From assembly GCA_041650055.1 (NCBI GenBank), contig JBAZLV010000004.1, forward strand, positions 33,675-97,674: a stretch of 64,000 nt of DNA. Direction: 5' to 3'. Positions 49,532 to 59,307 of this stretch are shown here, in pieces. The notes under the pieces were generated by a model. The model did no database searches and had not been told where the DNA came from. It saw nothing but the letters and a program-made list of their open reading frames with translations. Source of the DNA: Nitrospirota bacterium. Lineage in GTDB: Bacteria > Nitrospirota > UBA9217. The number at the start of each line of letters is the position of its first letter. Position 1 is the stretch's first letter. Position numbers and translations under genes: made by a program.

Positions 49532-49560
49532 TTGCAAAAATTTGCAAATTCAGCTATGAT
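49532..49560 (+). promoter_or_regulatory. Sigma-70-like promoter (TTGCAA-17-TATGAT) for the hfq genes.
   Basis: Read directly: TTGCAA, a 17-nt spacer, then TATGAT. Placement implies a short or leaderless 5' end for the downstream ORF. Confidence 0.4.
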
Positions 49561-49567
49561 TTTTTTA

Positions 49568-50041
49568 ATGGAAGTTCGCAAGGAAGCATCTCAACAGACA
49601 GTGGAATTGCAGTTCTTACAACAAGCCCAATCAAGCAAGGTCAAGCTTCATATCGGCCACATGAACAAGAACGAGCAGGAAGGTATCGTCAAGGATATCG
49701 GCAGATATGAGCTCACCATCAATGACAACGGCAGAATCATCACCCTTCTGAAACAGGAAATTTCATGCATCACTGCCCCCTATCCGCTGATTCCCATATC
49801 AAAAGCAACAGCGCCCGCAGGATATGAGCCTGCTGAAGCACCAGCGGGATCAAAACCGAATATCCAGCAGGAATTTCTCGATAAAGCCATCAAGGAAAAC
49901 CAGGTGCTTACGCTCTATCTGATGAACGGCCAACGGTTTAAGGCGGTGATTACCGGATATGATAATTTCACCATTCTTTTACGGGACAACGCCAAACAGC
50001 ATCTGTACTACAAGCATGCAATAACAACGATCAATCGATAA
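49568..50041 (+). CDS. hfq: Tandem-Sm (double Hfq-like) RNA chaperone. Start uncertain.
   Basis: Domain 2 'QQEFLDKAIKENQVLTLYLMNGQRFKAVITGYDNFTILLRDNAKQHLYYKHAITTI' is a canonical Hfq Sm1/Sm2. Domain 1 'LQFLQQAQSSKVKLHIGHMNKNEQEGIVKDIGRYELTINDNGRIITLLKQEISCI' is a divergent Sm fold. Confidence 0.55.
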   Translation: MEVRKEASQQTVELQFLQQAQSSKVKLHIGHMNKNEQEGIVKDIGRYELTINDNGRIITLLKQEISCITAPYPLIPISKATAPAGYEPAEAPAGSKPNIQQEFLDKAIKENQVLTLYLMNGQRFKAVITGYDNFTILLRDNAKQHLYYKHAITTINR

Positions 50042-50049
50042 AGGACCCT

Positions 50050-50433
50050 ATGGAAGGAAACCTCCTCGACACCATCCTGCATACACATCTCGAGAATAAG
50101 ACAACAGTGGCGATAACGCTCCACAATAAAATCCGCTTAACCGGGACGGTCAAGGCGTTCGACAGCTACATTCTTATTCTTGAAAGCCAAAAAATGGAGC
50201 TCGTGTATCGCCATGCAATTTCCAGCATCACTGCACTTGACCAGGTTCCCGTGATCACCGTTCGGGAACCGGCAATAAAAAAAGCTGTTCCTCCCCCGTC
50301 ACCAGTTACTCGTCGAAAATCCGAACCTTCGGCAGCAGTGCTGCTCTCTCCTTTTCGTGAAAACCGCAGCATCAATAGTTCCATGAAAGACGGATTATTA
50401 AAATGGATGCAGGAACAAAAGGCGGCAAAATAG
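50050..50433 (+). CDS. hfq: Hfq-like RNA chaperone, third Sm module, with a C-terminal tail.
   Basis: 'LLDTILHTHLENKTTVAITLHNKIRLTGTVKAFDSYILILESQKMELVYRHAISSI'. Confidence 0.65.
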   Translation: MEGNLLDTILHTHLENKTTVAITLHNKIRLTGTVKAFDSYILILESQKMELVYRHAISSITALDQVPVITVREPAIKKAVPPPSPVTRRKSEPSAAVLLSPFRENRSINSSMKDGLLKWMQEQKAAK

Positions 50434-50434
50434 C

Positions 50435-51982
50435 ATGAACAAGCTGCATATTGGTCTTGCCGTTCTTTCCGGTTTTCTGCTGGTTGTCGCGTTTCCTGAA
50501 TGGAATATCTGGCCGCTTGCCTGGTTCGGGCTGGTTCCCCTGTTTTATGCCATAAAGGAAAAAACCGTTTTCCAGGGCTTCTGGCTCGGGGCAATAACCG
50601 GCAGTATTTTTTTCATTGGAACCGTTTACTGGGTAACCAATTCAATCCATTTTTACGGCAATGTCCCATTCATTCCCGCATCAGGCGTTACGCTCCTCTT
50701 ATGCGCTTACCTTTGTTTATATTTCGGAGTTTTTGGCGCGGTATTCGTTCATCTCAGGAAATATCATCCACTCCTTGTTCTTATAGCAGCGCCTGCCTTA
50801 TGGACTGCGCTGGAATTGGCCAGAACATACGTATTCAGCGGCTTTCCCTGGGTCTTGCTGGGATATTCTCAATATCAGGTTCTTCCAATAATCCAGATTG
50901 CGGATATCACGGGTGTATATGGAATTTCTTTTTTGATCGTCATGGTGAATGTGGCTCTCGAGCAGATATTCAGAAACAAAAGGCAGTATGCAGGTATTCT
51001 CGTTGCCTGCTTCATACTTGTTCTGGTCTTGGGATATGGATGGAATAAACTCCAGGCTTCCGAAACGAACAATGATGAAATCACCATCGCTGTTATCCAG
51101 GGAAATATCGAACAGGACAAAAAATGGGATACAGCCTTCCAGGTAGAAACAATCGAAACGTATAAAAAGCTGACGGAAACTGCCCGACTACAGAATCCGG
51201 ATATTATTATCTGGCCGGAAACCGCCACACCATTTTATTTCACCGGCCAACGCGTACAAGACCAGGTCTTGACTCAGGATCTTATAAAATTTGCAAAAAG
51301 CATCCGGACTCCGATTTTGTTCGGAAGTCCCACATATACCGTAAAACCTGATAGAAGAATTACCGTCAGCAATTCCGCATTTCTGCTCTCTCGTGAAGGA
51401 ACCATTGAAGCGCAATATGACAAAATCCACCTTGTTCCTTTCGGCGAATATGTGCCGCTTCGAACGGTATTATTTTTTGTCGGGAAGATGGTGGAAGCTA
51501 TCGGAGACTTCGAATCCGGAGACACTTACACGGTTATGACTGTTCCCTCGAGAACCAGCGGAAAACAGGTGCCGATAAGCACCGTGATTTGTTACGAGAT
51601 CATTTTCCCTGATCTCGTCCGGCAATTCGTGCAGCAGGGTGCGGGTGTAATAACAACCATCACAAATGATGCCTGGTTTGGAAAAACAGCTGCCCCGTAT
51701 CAGCATTTTTCCATGGCAGTATTTCGCGCCATTGAAAATCGAGTGCCGATTGCCCGGGCAGCCAACACAGGGATTTCAGGATTTATTGATGCAAAAGGAA
51801 CGGTGTTAGATGCATCAGATATATTTGTTCCCACCTATCTTATTCACCGCATTATTCCTGGCTCGGCAAGAACATTCTATACCAGCTATGGCGATCTCTT
51901 CTCCTATCTGTGTCTTGTCCTGAGCTTCCTGATGCTCATCGACATCATGAAAAAACGCTCCTGGTTCCCGAAAAATCATTGA
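50435..51982 (+). CDS. lnt: Apolipoprotein N-acyltransferase.
   Basis: N-terminal multi-TM region plus a C-terminal CN-hydrolase domain ('VICYEIIFPDL' with the Cys nucleophile). Confidence 0.85.
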   Translation: MNKLHIGLAVLSGFLLVVAFPEWNIWPLAWFGLVPLFYAIKEKTVFQGFWLGAITGSIFFIGTVYWVTNSIHFYGNVPFIPASGVTLLLCAYLCLYFGVFGAVFVHLRKYHPLLVLIAAPALWTALELARTYVFSGFPWVLLGYSQYQVLPIIQIADITGVYGISFLIVMVNVALEQIFRNKRQYAGILVACFILVLVLGYGWNKLQASETNNDEITIAVIQGNIEQDKKWDTAFQVETIETYKKLTETARLQNPDIIIWPETATPFYFTGQRVQDQVLTQDLIKFAKSIRTPILFGSPTYTVKPDRRITVSNSAFLLSREGTIEAQYDKIHLVPFGEYVPLRTVLFFVGKMVEAIGDFESGDTYTVMTVPSRTSGKQVPISTVICYEIIFPDLVRQFVQQGAGVITTITNDAWFGKTAAPYQHFSMAVFRAIENRVPIARAANTGISGFIDAKGTVLDASDIFVPTYLIHRIIPGSARTFYTSYGDLFSYLCLVLSFLMLIDIMKKRSWFPKNH

Positions 51983-52012
51983 GAAATTACTGAGCACCCG
52001 TCTTTGTGAGCC

Positions 52013-52795
52013 TTATGCTCCGCGTTCGCCCGCTGATACAGGAATTTCCTTGTAAACAGCTCTCAAAAATTCCATGGATTTAAGCCGTTTATTCATGAGC
52101 TGGATAAGATACGAAGAGAATGCCTGTCCAAGTTCCTGCATGATTTCCGGTGAAGGCTTCAGACGCGATATTTTTTCCATGTCCATGCGCAGTGCCTGAT
52201 AATAAAATCCCGAACTTCCCCGAGATATTCTGAACTGTGCATCGCCGGATGAGACCATGCAGTCCGAGCAGACGACTCCGCCTTTCATGCTTAAAAAAAT
52301 CGCTGTGCCCTTCGGAATAGTGTTACAGGAAAGACAGTAATCCAGTTTCGGTTGATATCCCAGCAGGGACAATAATTTAATTTCAAATATCCTGAGTAAA
52401 AAAAGAGGGTCTTCCCCGTTCTCAAGAAGCGCAATGGCCTGAGAAAGCAGAGCATACGTATCACTATTGGGTTCATGAAGAGGAGCGAGCTCTTTGACCA
52501 GCTCCAGCATAACCGAGCCTGCCGCAGAATAATATAGATCAGTGCACAACATACGTGGTTGGAACAGAATATCCGCTGATTCAATCCGTATAAGATCCTG
52601 GAATTCCCGTTCGTGAAGATACAGCCTGCAGGTCGTGAACGCTTCAAAGGCCGCACCAAAACGCCGGAATGACTTGCGGGCGTTTTTTGCCACTCCTTTT
52701 TGCAAACCACGATCAATCGAGAAGAAGGTGACTAGCTTGTCTGCTTCTCCCAGATTCATACTGCTCAGAATGATGGATTCGGTTTTTGATTTCAT
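52013..52795 (-). CDS. recO: DNA repair protein RecO.
   Basis: OB-fold N-terminus and zinc motif 'CLSCNT...CSDC'. Confidence 0.8.
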   Translation of the reverse strand: MKSKTESIILSSMNLGEADKLVTFFSIDRGLQKGVAKNARKSFRRFGAAFEAFTTCRLYLHEREFQDLIRIESADILFQPRMLCTDLYYSAAGSVMLELVKELAPLHEPNSDTYALLSQAIALLENGEDPLFLLRIFEIKLLSLLGYQPKLDYCLSCNTIPKGTAIFLSMKGGVVCSDCMVSSGDAQFRISRGSSGFYYQALRMDMEKISRLKPSPEIMQELGQAFSSYLIQLMNKRLKSMEFLRAVYKEIPVSAGERGA

Positions 52796-52977
52796 AAGAT
52801 TGTATTTTTTAGCCACGGATCAACACGGATTTTAGTCTGGATAACCGTAAAGAACCACGGCATTATACACTGTCACGAGGACGGAGAAAACAAGGAATTT
52901 TTTGGGAACAAAACCTCCTTTCAGTATGTCTCATGGGTTGGATGCAAAAAATTAAACCGGAGAGAAAGGAGAAGAAA

Positions 52978-53790
52978 ATGCGAAACATATTCATGATAGT
53001 ACTCGGAATCTTCCTAGCAGCAACAGTAGCCCCCGCTCATGCCATGAGCAGGGTTATCCCATCAGGAGAAGTCTCGGTCGAGGTCGTGTCAGATTCGGGC
53101 AGCACATTCCAATCCATACCGCATAAAGATTTTTGGCAAAGCAATACCCATGTCATCAAGAAATTCCTCGAGGCACGGAAAGATGAAAATTATGGCATTG
53201 TCATCAAGAATCACTCATCCGAACGAGTTGGTGTCGTCATTGCTGTGGACGGCAGAAACATTATTACGGGCAAACGCTCTGAACTTAAGAACAATGAAGG
53301 CATGTACGTCGTACATGCGTATGATACGGTACGCTATACCGGATGGCGAACGGGACAGGACAAGGTACACCGCTTCTATTTCACGGATGTTGCGGATTCT
53401 TACAGCGTAAGAACCTTCTCCGATTCATCGGCAATGGGCGTTATTGCTGTGGCAGTCTATCGCGAAAAGCAAAAGCCACAGCCCGTATGGGAACAGAGGA
53501 AAGAAGAAAAAGCTGACTCCCCTGCCCCTTCAGCAAGAGCTTCAAAGAGCGCGGACAAGGCACTGGTCAGAGAAAACGCAGGAACCGGATTTGGCGATGC
53601 CCATTATTCTCCGGTCATTACAGTGCAGTTCGATCCTGAACGTAAGCCCATCCAGAAAAATTTAATTAAATATGAGTGGAGAGACGTGTTGTGCAAAAAA
53701 AGGATTTTATTATGCAGTCAAGAATATGGAAACCGGCTCTGGGACGAGGATAGATACGCGCCCAATCCGCCGGGATATCCGAAAAATTAA
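52978..53790 (+). CDS. Secreted hypothetical protein.
   Basis: Signal peptide 'MRNIFMIVLGIFLAATVAPAHA'. No motif recognised. Confidence 0.4.
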   Translation: MRNIFMIVLGIFLAATVAPAHAMSRVIPSGEVSVEVVSDSGSTFQSIPHKDFWQSNTHVIKKFLEARKDENYGIVIKNHSSERVGVVIAVDGRNIITGKRSELKNNEGMYVVHAYDTVRYTGWRTGQDKVHRFYFTDVADSYSVRTFSDSSAMGVIAVAVYREKQKPQPVWEQRKEEKADSPAPSARASKSADKALVRENAGTGFGDAHYSPVITVQFDPERKPIQKNLIKYEWRDVLCKKRILLCSQEYGNRLWDEDRYAPNPPGYPKN

Positions 53791-53903
53791 ATAAGGACAT
53801 GCTGAGCCTTCGGAATACCTTTGTTCTATTGACATTACTATAATGTCGCGCTCTTCTTACAGTGTAGAGATATTTCACCAAATTTTTTTAAAGGAGGTTT
53901 ACC

Positions 53904-54455
53904 ATGGCCAAACGAGAAGGCACGATGGACACGCAAGCGATGATGGAAATATACAAGAAGGCAGGAACTCCGGGCGAGCATCATAAAATGCTTTCAAAAC
54001 TTGAGGGCACCTGGACGACCAAAACCAGAGGATGGATGGAACCCGATCAGCCACCAATGGAATCAAGCGGCACATGCGAACAAAAGATGATCCTGGACGG
54101 ACATTACGTACGGCAGGAGTATAGTGGGGATATGATGGGCATGCCATTCTCCGGGGTTAATATCATGGGATACAACAACCATACGAAAAAGTATGAATCA
54201 ATCTGGATCGACTCGATGAGCACTGCCATCTTCTTTTTCGAGGGAACTGGAAGCGCAGACAACAGGACGATTACGCAGACATGCAGCTATGACGACCCTG
54301 CTAAGGGCCCCTCCGTCTGGCGCAGTGTATCCAGAATCAGGGATGACAATACTATGGAGTTCGAGATGTTCATTACTCCCCAGGGAGGCAGAGAAGAGAA
54401 GATGATGGAAATGACGATGACACGGAAGGAATCCGTGGCTCGCAAGGCAGCATAA
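53904..54455 (+). CDS. DUF1579-family protein.
   Basis: 'YKKAGTPGEHHKMLSKLEGTWTTKT' matches the DUF1579 N-terminal pattern. Confidence 0.5.
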   Translation: MAKREGTMDTQAMMEIYKKAGTPGEHHKMLSKLEGTWTTKTRGWMEPDQPPMESSGTCEQKMILDGHYVRQEYSGDMMGMPFSGVNIMGYNNHTKKYESIWIDSMSTAIFFFEGTGSADNRTITQTCSYDDPAKGPSVWRSVSRIRDDNTMEFEMFITPQGGREEKMMEMTMTRKESVARKAA

Positions 54456-54470
54456 CGCAGATACAAATCC

Positions 54471-54503
54471 AAAAAGGCCGGAGAAGGAGTATCTCCGGCC
54501 TTT
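54471..54503. terminator. Bidirectional rho-independent terminator.
   Basis: AAAAAGGCCGGAGA-aggagta-TCTCCGGCCTTT. Confidence 0.65.
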
Positions 54504-54531
54504 GATGCAATTATTCCAAAAAAGTTATCGA

Positions 54532-55077
54532 TTATATTCGAGCATCCTTCATTGCTTCTCGAGACCGTCTTCTGATATAAAGTGCCTCTTCTTCCGGTAT
54601 TCCAAGTGATAGAAGAAATTGCTGATGCATTTCCGGAGCCCGGCGCTCGAACTCCGCATGCCACTTGTTCATGGCAGCTTCATCCATTCCCGCAGCACGA
54701 AGCATTTCAATCCAAGTCCGCTTGTCTACTGCAACCGGAAGTTTTCCAAGCGTCTGGATGCGCAACATCTTACCGAGCAAATGCTGTTGGAACTGTAAAT
54801 GACGGATCTCTTCACCGAGCTCTCGCATGCGCCGCTGCAAGACTGGTTTATTCGAATTGTTCCTGGCGGATAAAATACGACGAATATCTTCAATAGTCAG
54901 TCCTGCCTGCCGGAAGCTGCAGATCGATGCCAGTCTGTCTTGATCTTTTTTCGAATATTGACGATAGCCAGTTTTACTTCGTTCCGAGGGTTTCAACAAG
55001 CTAATGCGGTCATAATACAATAATGTACTGCGCGAAAGGCCGAATTTCCTTGCCAACTCAGTAATCCGAAACATCAC
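54532..55077 (-). CDS. MerR-family transcriptional regulator with a C-terminal ~60-aa helical effector domain.
   Basis: 'ITELARKFGLSRSTLLYYDRISLLKPSERSKTGYRQY' HTH. C-terminal 'MNKWHAEFERRAPEMHQQFLLSLGIPEEE'. Confidence 0.7.
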   Translation of the reverse strand: MMFRITELARKFGLSRSTLLYYDRISLLKPSERSKTGYRQYSKKDQDRLASICSFRQAGLTIEDIRRILSARNNSNKPVLQRRMRELGEEIRHLQFQQHLLGKMLRIQTLGKLPVAVDKRTWIEMLRAAGMDEAAMNKWHAEFERRAPEMHQQFLLSLGIPEEEALYIRRRSREAMKDARI

Positions 55078-55134
55078 ATCCTCGATTCATTTCAAAAATG
55101 AACGCCCCGGGCATTATGCCTGAGGCGCTTCTGT

Positions 55135-55326
55135 TCACTTTGATTTCAGACGAATTTCCGCGATCTTCTCAGCAGGTAGCCCAAGCCATCCCAAAAAGCT
55201 CTGATGGCCTTCCGGATTCTCCTTCTCGAACAGGCTATGCCACTTCTGCATGGCAGAGTCATCCAAGCCCATCGCGCGGAACCGTTTTACCCATTCGTCT
55301 ACCGTAACCTTGGTTTTCATGATCAT
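55135..55326 (-). CDS. Small protein paralogous to the C-terminal domain of the adjacent MerR regulator.
   Basis: 'LDDSAMQKWHSLFEKENPEGHQSFLGWLGLPAEKIAEI' aligns to 'MDEAAMNKWHAEFERRAPEMHQQFLLSLGIPEEEALYI'. Confidence 0.45.
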   Translation of the reverse strand: MIMKTKVTVDEWVKRFRAMGLDDSAMQKWHSLFEKENPEGHQSFLGWLGLPAEKIAEIRLKSK

Positions 55327-55751
55327 TTCTCCTTTCTCATTTTTTTCATGGCCGTGACAAGAGAAAGAATAAACTATAAAGCGGTAGACGGGTCAAGTGA
55401 AAAAGTTACCTAAAAGGGACAATCAAATGATCCTATAAGAGCCATTATCTCATCTTAATATATTGATACTTCCTTTAATATGGTAATTAAGATATCTTCC
55501 TATCGATTGAGCACTCATTAATTTTATATTCTGCTTTTAGGAATATTTAAATATTGCTATAGGGAACCGTTGCTGAACATGACTTGCAACGTCTTTGATT
55601 TGTAACCGACCAATTTGATACTCGAGGAAGTTACCGGCACCATTTTCATAAATTAATTTTAGCAAGTTTATAGCAGTCATCATTGCTTATTGGACGCTTT
55701 CAACAATTCTCATTAGTTTTTAATGTTCCCGAAAATCTTTAAGGACGTTGG

Positions 55752-55943
55752 TTATTCCACCTCTGTGTCAGTCAAATGCGCCTCTAAGGCATGAATAGAA
55801 ACAACGTCCCAATGTTTTGTTGTGGCAAATTTCGAAAGATCATCTCTGGAAGTGTACTGAATCAGTAGCGTTGTATGAGTACTACCTAACAGCGACCTTT
55901 TCCCATTGCTGATGTCTTCTGTGTTTAGTACTAATACATCCAT
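55752..55943 (-). pseudogene. Short ORF, possibly a gene remnant, within the AT-rich island.
   Basis: 63-aa ORF with no RBS. The surrounding ~700 bp have no longer ORF. Confidence 0.2.
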
Positions 55944-56055
55944 GGCGACATTGTCAATTGTAAAGACCTGACCTACCGAATGTTAGGAAGTAATTAATCA
56001 CTCATACCCCATAAGCATCAACAGCCGATGACGTTTGAGTTAGGAGGGATTTTTG

Positions 56056-58443
56056 TCATATCCTCATGAACCAATTTTTTTGACGCCATTTATTTTTCAA
56101 AATAAACTCTTGGGGATTAAGAATCAAATAAACTTTGTTTTTGAATATCCAGTTCCGTTCGTTAAGTTTTTTATTTAGCGATTGGAGATTATCTATCACT
56201 ACATTTGCACCGCCGTCTGTCACTCCAATTAGATATTGGTTGTTGAATAGTGATTCTAAAAGACGCTCAACTTCGGCGCTTTTCATGCCAGCAGAAATAG
56301 CTATATTTTTAAATTTTGAATACTCACAAAGTGTTTCGTAATAGTAACTTTTTTGCAGTTCGTGAAGTATGTTTTCTATTTTGGGGAATTCTGCTTTAAC
56401 TTCTGCAATCATATTATTGTGCAGAAATATCGTATACGCCTCGATAGCATAAATAAAATCATCATCGAGCACTTTAGCATGATCATTGTTGACGGCTGAT
56501 TCAAATAATTTACTTAAAATGTAAATAATATCACGTGGCCGCGCTACTGCTAATTTTTTAATCAGATCAAATGGATGTTTATCTTTCGAAAAATCAAAGT
56601 ATTCTTTCCATACTTCTTCTATTTCATGGGATGTAGTTAAATTTAAAATGTATTTAAACCTCTCCTCCACAAGTTTTTTTAAGAGATTTCCATGATGTTC
56701 CCATTTGATTTCATATGATCTTATTGTCAATTTGTCTGGTTCCCTTGTGCGTTGAAGAATATAATCATATATATCTTTTCTTAACATTATGATCGTGTTA
56801 GTTTTGATTTGTTTATCTTGTTCTTTCGATAACAACTCTCTTGCAATTTTATCACTGTATTCTAATAAGCCAAGGATCATATCAGACTGAACAGTCAAGT
56901 TATTGCGGGAATCCCAGCTTTTGTCCAGATTATCGGCAAGGATATTAAGCGTATAATATTTCTCCTTCTTAAAATATAGACGTAACACCTGAATAAGCTC
57001 GGTCAAATAACTTTTATATAATTCATCTAGCATTGCGGGATTTTCGACGATACTTTTTCCGTTCAAAGCCTCATGAATTTTTTTGATTGCACCAAAAAAG
57101 TTTAATGACAAAAGATCTCGGTGGTTACCTCTAAATTCGAGTATTTTCTCTTCTTCTGGTAAAAGAGTAGTATGCTCTTTTTGAATAATTTTGTTTTCTA
57201 TGGCCAGAAGCAGTTTGGAAAGAATGACAAACTTCCAAACTGAATAAAATAAAGAGCGCTTTGAAATTTCATTTCTATATACTGATGATAATTCAACATT
57301 TTCCAGCAGCTCATCAGAGTCTGGTTTTAATATAACATTATAGTTGATTGCCTCCTTCTCAAGATCTTTCTCAAGCTTAATAAATAATGCTGACTTACCT
57401 GATCCTTTTCTTCCTACAAATACAGAAAGCGACCTCGACGCTGCTTTTTTGTACGCCTCAATCTCTACGAAATAATGAAGAAGTGATTCTTTTTCTTCTT
57501 CAGCAATTTCGCAGCCGATACCAAGTTTAAGAAGATTATATTTTTTATCAACTACTATAGCATCTGCTTCTGGCACTCTAACTACCTGATGCTTTGAAGA
57601 CACAGATCCAAGTTGAGTTCGGATCCAGTCTTCTGTTTTTATAACGCATTCCTCTGAACTCGTATATTCCACTAAAATATCGTCATAATCGATTGGTGCA
57701 TTAAAAGGAGCTGGGGCGACCAGCAATACATTTTTGTCTAGACCACAACCAATGCCGGCGTAGAAAGAATATTCTGCGTTGTGTCTTAGATTATCGGTGG
57801 TACTCTTTCCATGTAGGTGAATAACTATATTTTTAACTTTATATAATGAATGTATATACCAACTGAGAGTTTGATATTCGACTTCACTTGTATCATCATG
57901 AATTAAGCGATACTGTGAGGATGTCAGGAATTCTGTCAAGTCAAGAGAGGCTTGCGTGTCGATTTTACTAGAAATATAAAAAATATCATGAGTATCTATT
58001 TCAGCTTCGTCGAGTTTTATTAAAGAAGACAGAAGAACCGTTTGAACTCTATCCTTGGTTTGCAGTTCCGTTTGAATATGTTTATAGTTCGTGTATTGCT
58101 GATAGCCTATATTTTTTAAGAAGCGACATGCAGAATATCTTTCTTTAGCGCCTTCTATCGATGTATTTATAAAAACTAATAATTTCTTTTTCTTTCCTAT
58201 TGCATACCCAAGCTCAAAAAGCACATTATGATTGAGATATGTCAAGTCACATGCAAATAATTCACTGCTATCAATATTCTCGAGCACTGTACGATTTATT
58301 ATTTTCCCCCCTACTCGCAGGTCTTCCCATGACATCGCAGTGAATCCTCTTTGGTGCGTATTGTATTCAATAATCGCTTTTTTAATAGCATCTATTGTGT
58401 CATGATGCCCGCTTTCATACGCAAAGAATATTTTTTTCATCAT
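56056..58443 (-). CDS. Multidomain P-loop NTPase with two N-terminal nucleoside-2-deoxyribosyltransferase/TIR-like (SLOG-type) domains. Candidate defence protein.
   Basis: Domain 1 'KKIFFAYESGHH...NVLFELGYAIGKKKKLLVF', domain 2 'IFYISSKID...AEYSFYAGIGCGLDKNVLLVA', Walker A 'VFVGRKGSGKSALF', putative Walker B 'YTLNILADNLD', 'LAVARPRDIIYIL' sensor-like helix, long helical C-terminus. Start at MMKKIFF after GGAG. Confidence 0.6.
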   Translation of the reverse strand: MMKKIFFAYESGHHDTIDAIKKAIIEYNTHQRGFTAMSWEDLRVGGKIINRTVLENIDSSELFACDLTYLNHNVLFELGYAIGKKKKLLVFINTSIEGAKERYSACRFLKNIGYQQYTNYKHIQTELQTKDRVQTVLLSSLIKLDEAEIDTHDIFYISSKIDTQASLDLTEFLTSSQYRLIHDDTSEVEYQTLSWYIHSLYKVKNIVIHLHGKSTTDNLRHNAEYSFYAGIGCGLDKNVLLVAPAPFNAPIDYDDILVEYTSSEECVIKTEDWIRTQLGSVSSKHQVVRVPEADAIVVDKKYNLLKLGIGCEIAEEEKESLLHYFVEIEAYKKAASRSLSVFVGRKGSGKSALFIKLEKDLEKEAINYNVILKPDSDELLENVELSSVYRNEISKRSLFYSVWKFVILSKLLLAIENKIIQKEHTTLLPEEEKILEFRGNHRDLLSLNFFGAIKKIHEALNGKSIVENPAMLDELYKSYLTELIQVLRLYFKKEKYYTLNILADNLDKSWDSRNNLTVQSDMILGLLEYSDKIARELLSKEQDKQIKTNTIIMLRKDIYDYILQRTREPDKLTIRSYEIKWEHHGNLLKKLVEERFKYILNLTTSHEIEEVWKEYFDFSKDKHPFDLIKKLAVARPRDIIYILSKLFESAVNNDHAKVLDDDFIYAIEAYTIFLHNNMIAEVKAEFPKIENILHELQKSYYYETLCEYSKFKNIAISAGMKSAEVERLLESLFNNQYLIGVTDGGANVVIDNLQSLNKKLNERNWIFKNKVYLILNPQEFILKNKWRQKNWFMRI

Positions 58444-58796
58444 AACATGTTCTCCATTATTAAAACTAAAATCCAGGCGATGGCAAGGGGACATCCTATA
58501 GTCCCTCTGTCTCAACAACACACTCTCCAACAAAAACATATTACTCTCAGGGCTAACTGGCTCAGCTGCTTTAATTAAATTGTTTTATCGGATCTGGATA
58601 TATAGATAGATATTTGAAAATTATCGTAGGCAAAAGGAAGACTATCGTTTGTTGCGTTTTTATTATACGAATATGAGATGTGATGTCAAGGAGTTAAACA
58701 GGATACAGGATTCTAGAAACCGGATGCCAGATTCCGGATACCGGATGATGGATACAAAGCAAAACGTCTGATCATGAAACGTGATTCAAGAACACA

Positions 58797-59237
58797 TCAT
58801 TGTTTATTGTACAATTTCATCCAATTCTCATCAGCTTTTTTGATATTCCCGGGAATATCCTTGCTCCATTTTTCATACGCGGATTTGCTGCAATTCAAAT
58901 AGAGTTTCCCGTCAACGATCTTCCATATTTCGGGATCGGTTATGGCTTTCCGCCCTTCTGACATAGCCCAGGCACAATAACCATCATACTGGGGCGCATA
59001 TTTTTCTGGATTTGCCGCAAACAGATCCCGGTTTTCTTTCTTTGCAAAATACCACGTCATGCCGTGCCATTGGAATGCAAAAGAGTCGCTGCCTTTGAGC
59101 GCCTTACTGTATTTGAAATAAGCGACGGCATCGTATCCCTTTATAGCAACGGTATCTACCGAGGATTTTGCTGCAACAATGTTTGTTAATCCGAGCAAAA
59201 AAAACGATAGAATAAAAATTCCATTGATTGTTTTCAT
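58797..59237 (-). CDS. Secreted YHS-domain protein.
   Basis: Signal peptide plus 'VAIKGYDAVAYF...WHGMTWYFA' YHS-like pattern. Confidence 0.6.
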   Translation of the reverse strand: MKTINGIFILSFFLLGLTNIVAAKSSVDTVAIKGYDAVAYFKYSKALKGSDSFAFQWHGMTWYFAKKENRDLFAANPEKYAPQYDGYCAWAMSEGRKAITDPEIWKIVDGKLYLNCSKSAYEKWSKDIPGNIKKADENWMKLYNKQ

Positions 59238-59307
59238 GGGTCTCCTCCTTAAAAACTATCTTCTTGTTAAATTATATTCTATTTTCAGGAAGAATAAAAA
59301 ACAATCC

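Larger units (their letters stand above)
55327..58796. other. AT-rich (roughly one-third GC by eye) putative horizontally acquired island containing one large ORF.
   Basis: Base composition drops abruptly relative to the ~50% GC flanks. About 730 bp and 260 bp of non-coding AT-rich DNA lie on either side of the ORF. No integrase or tRNA was seen. Confidence 0.5.
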
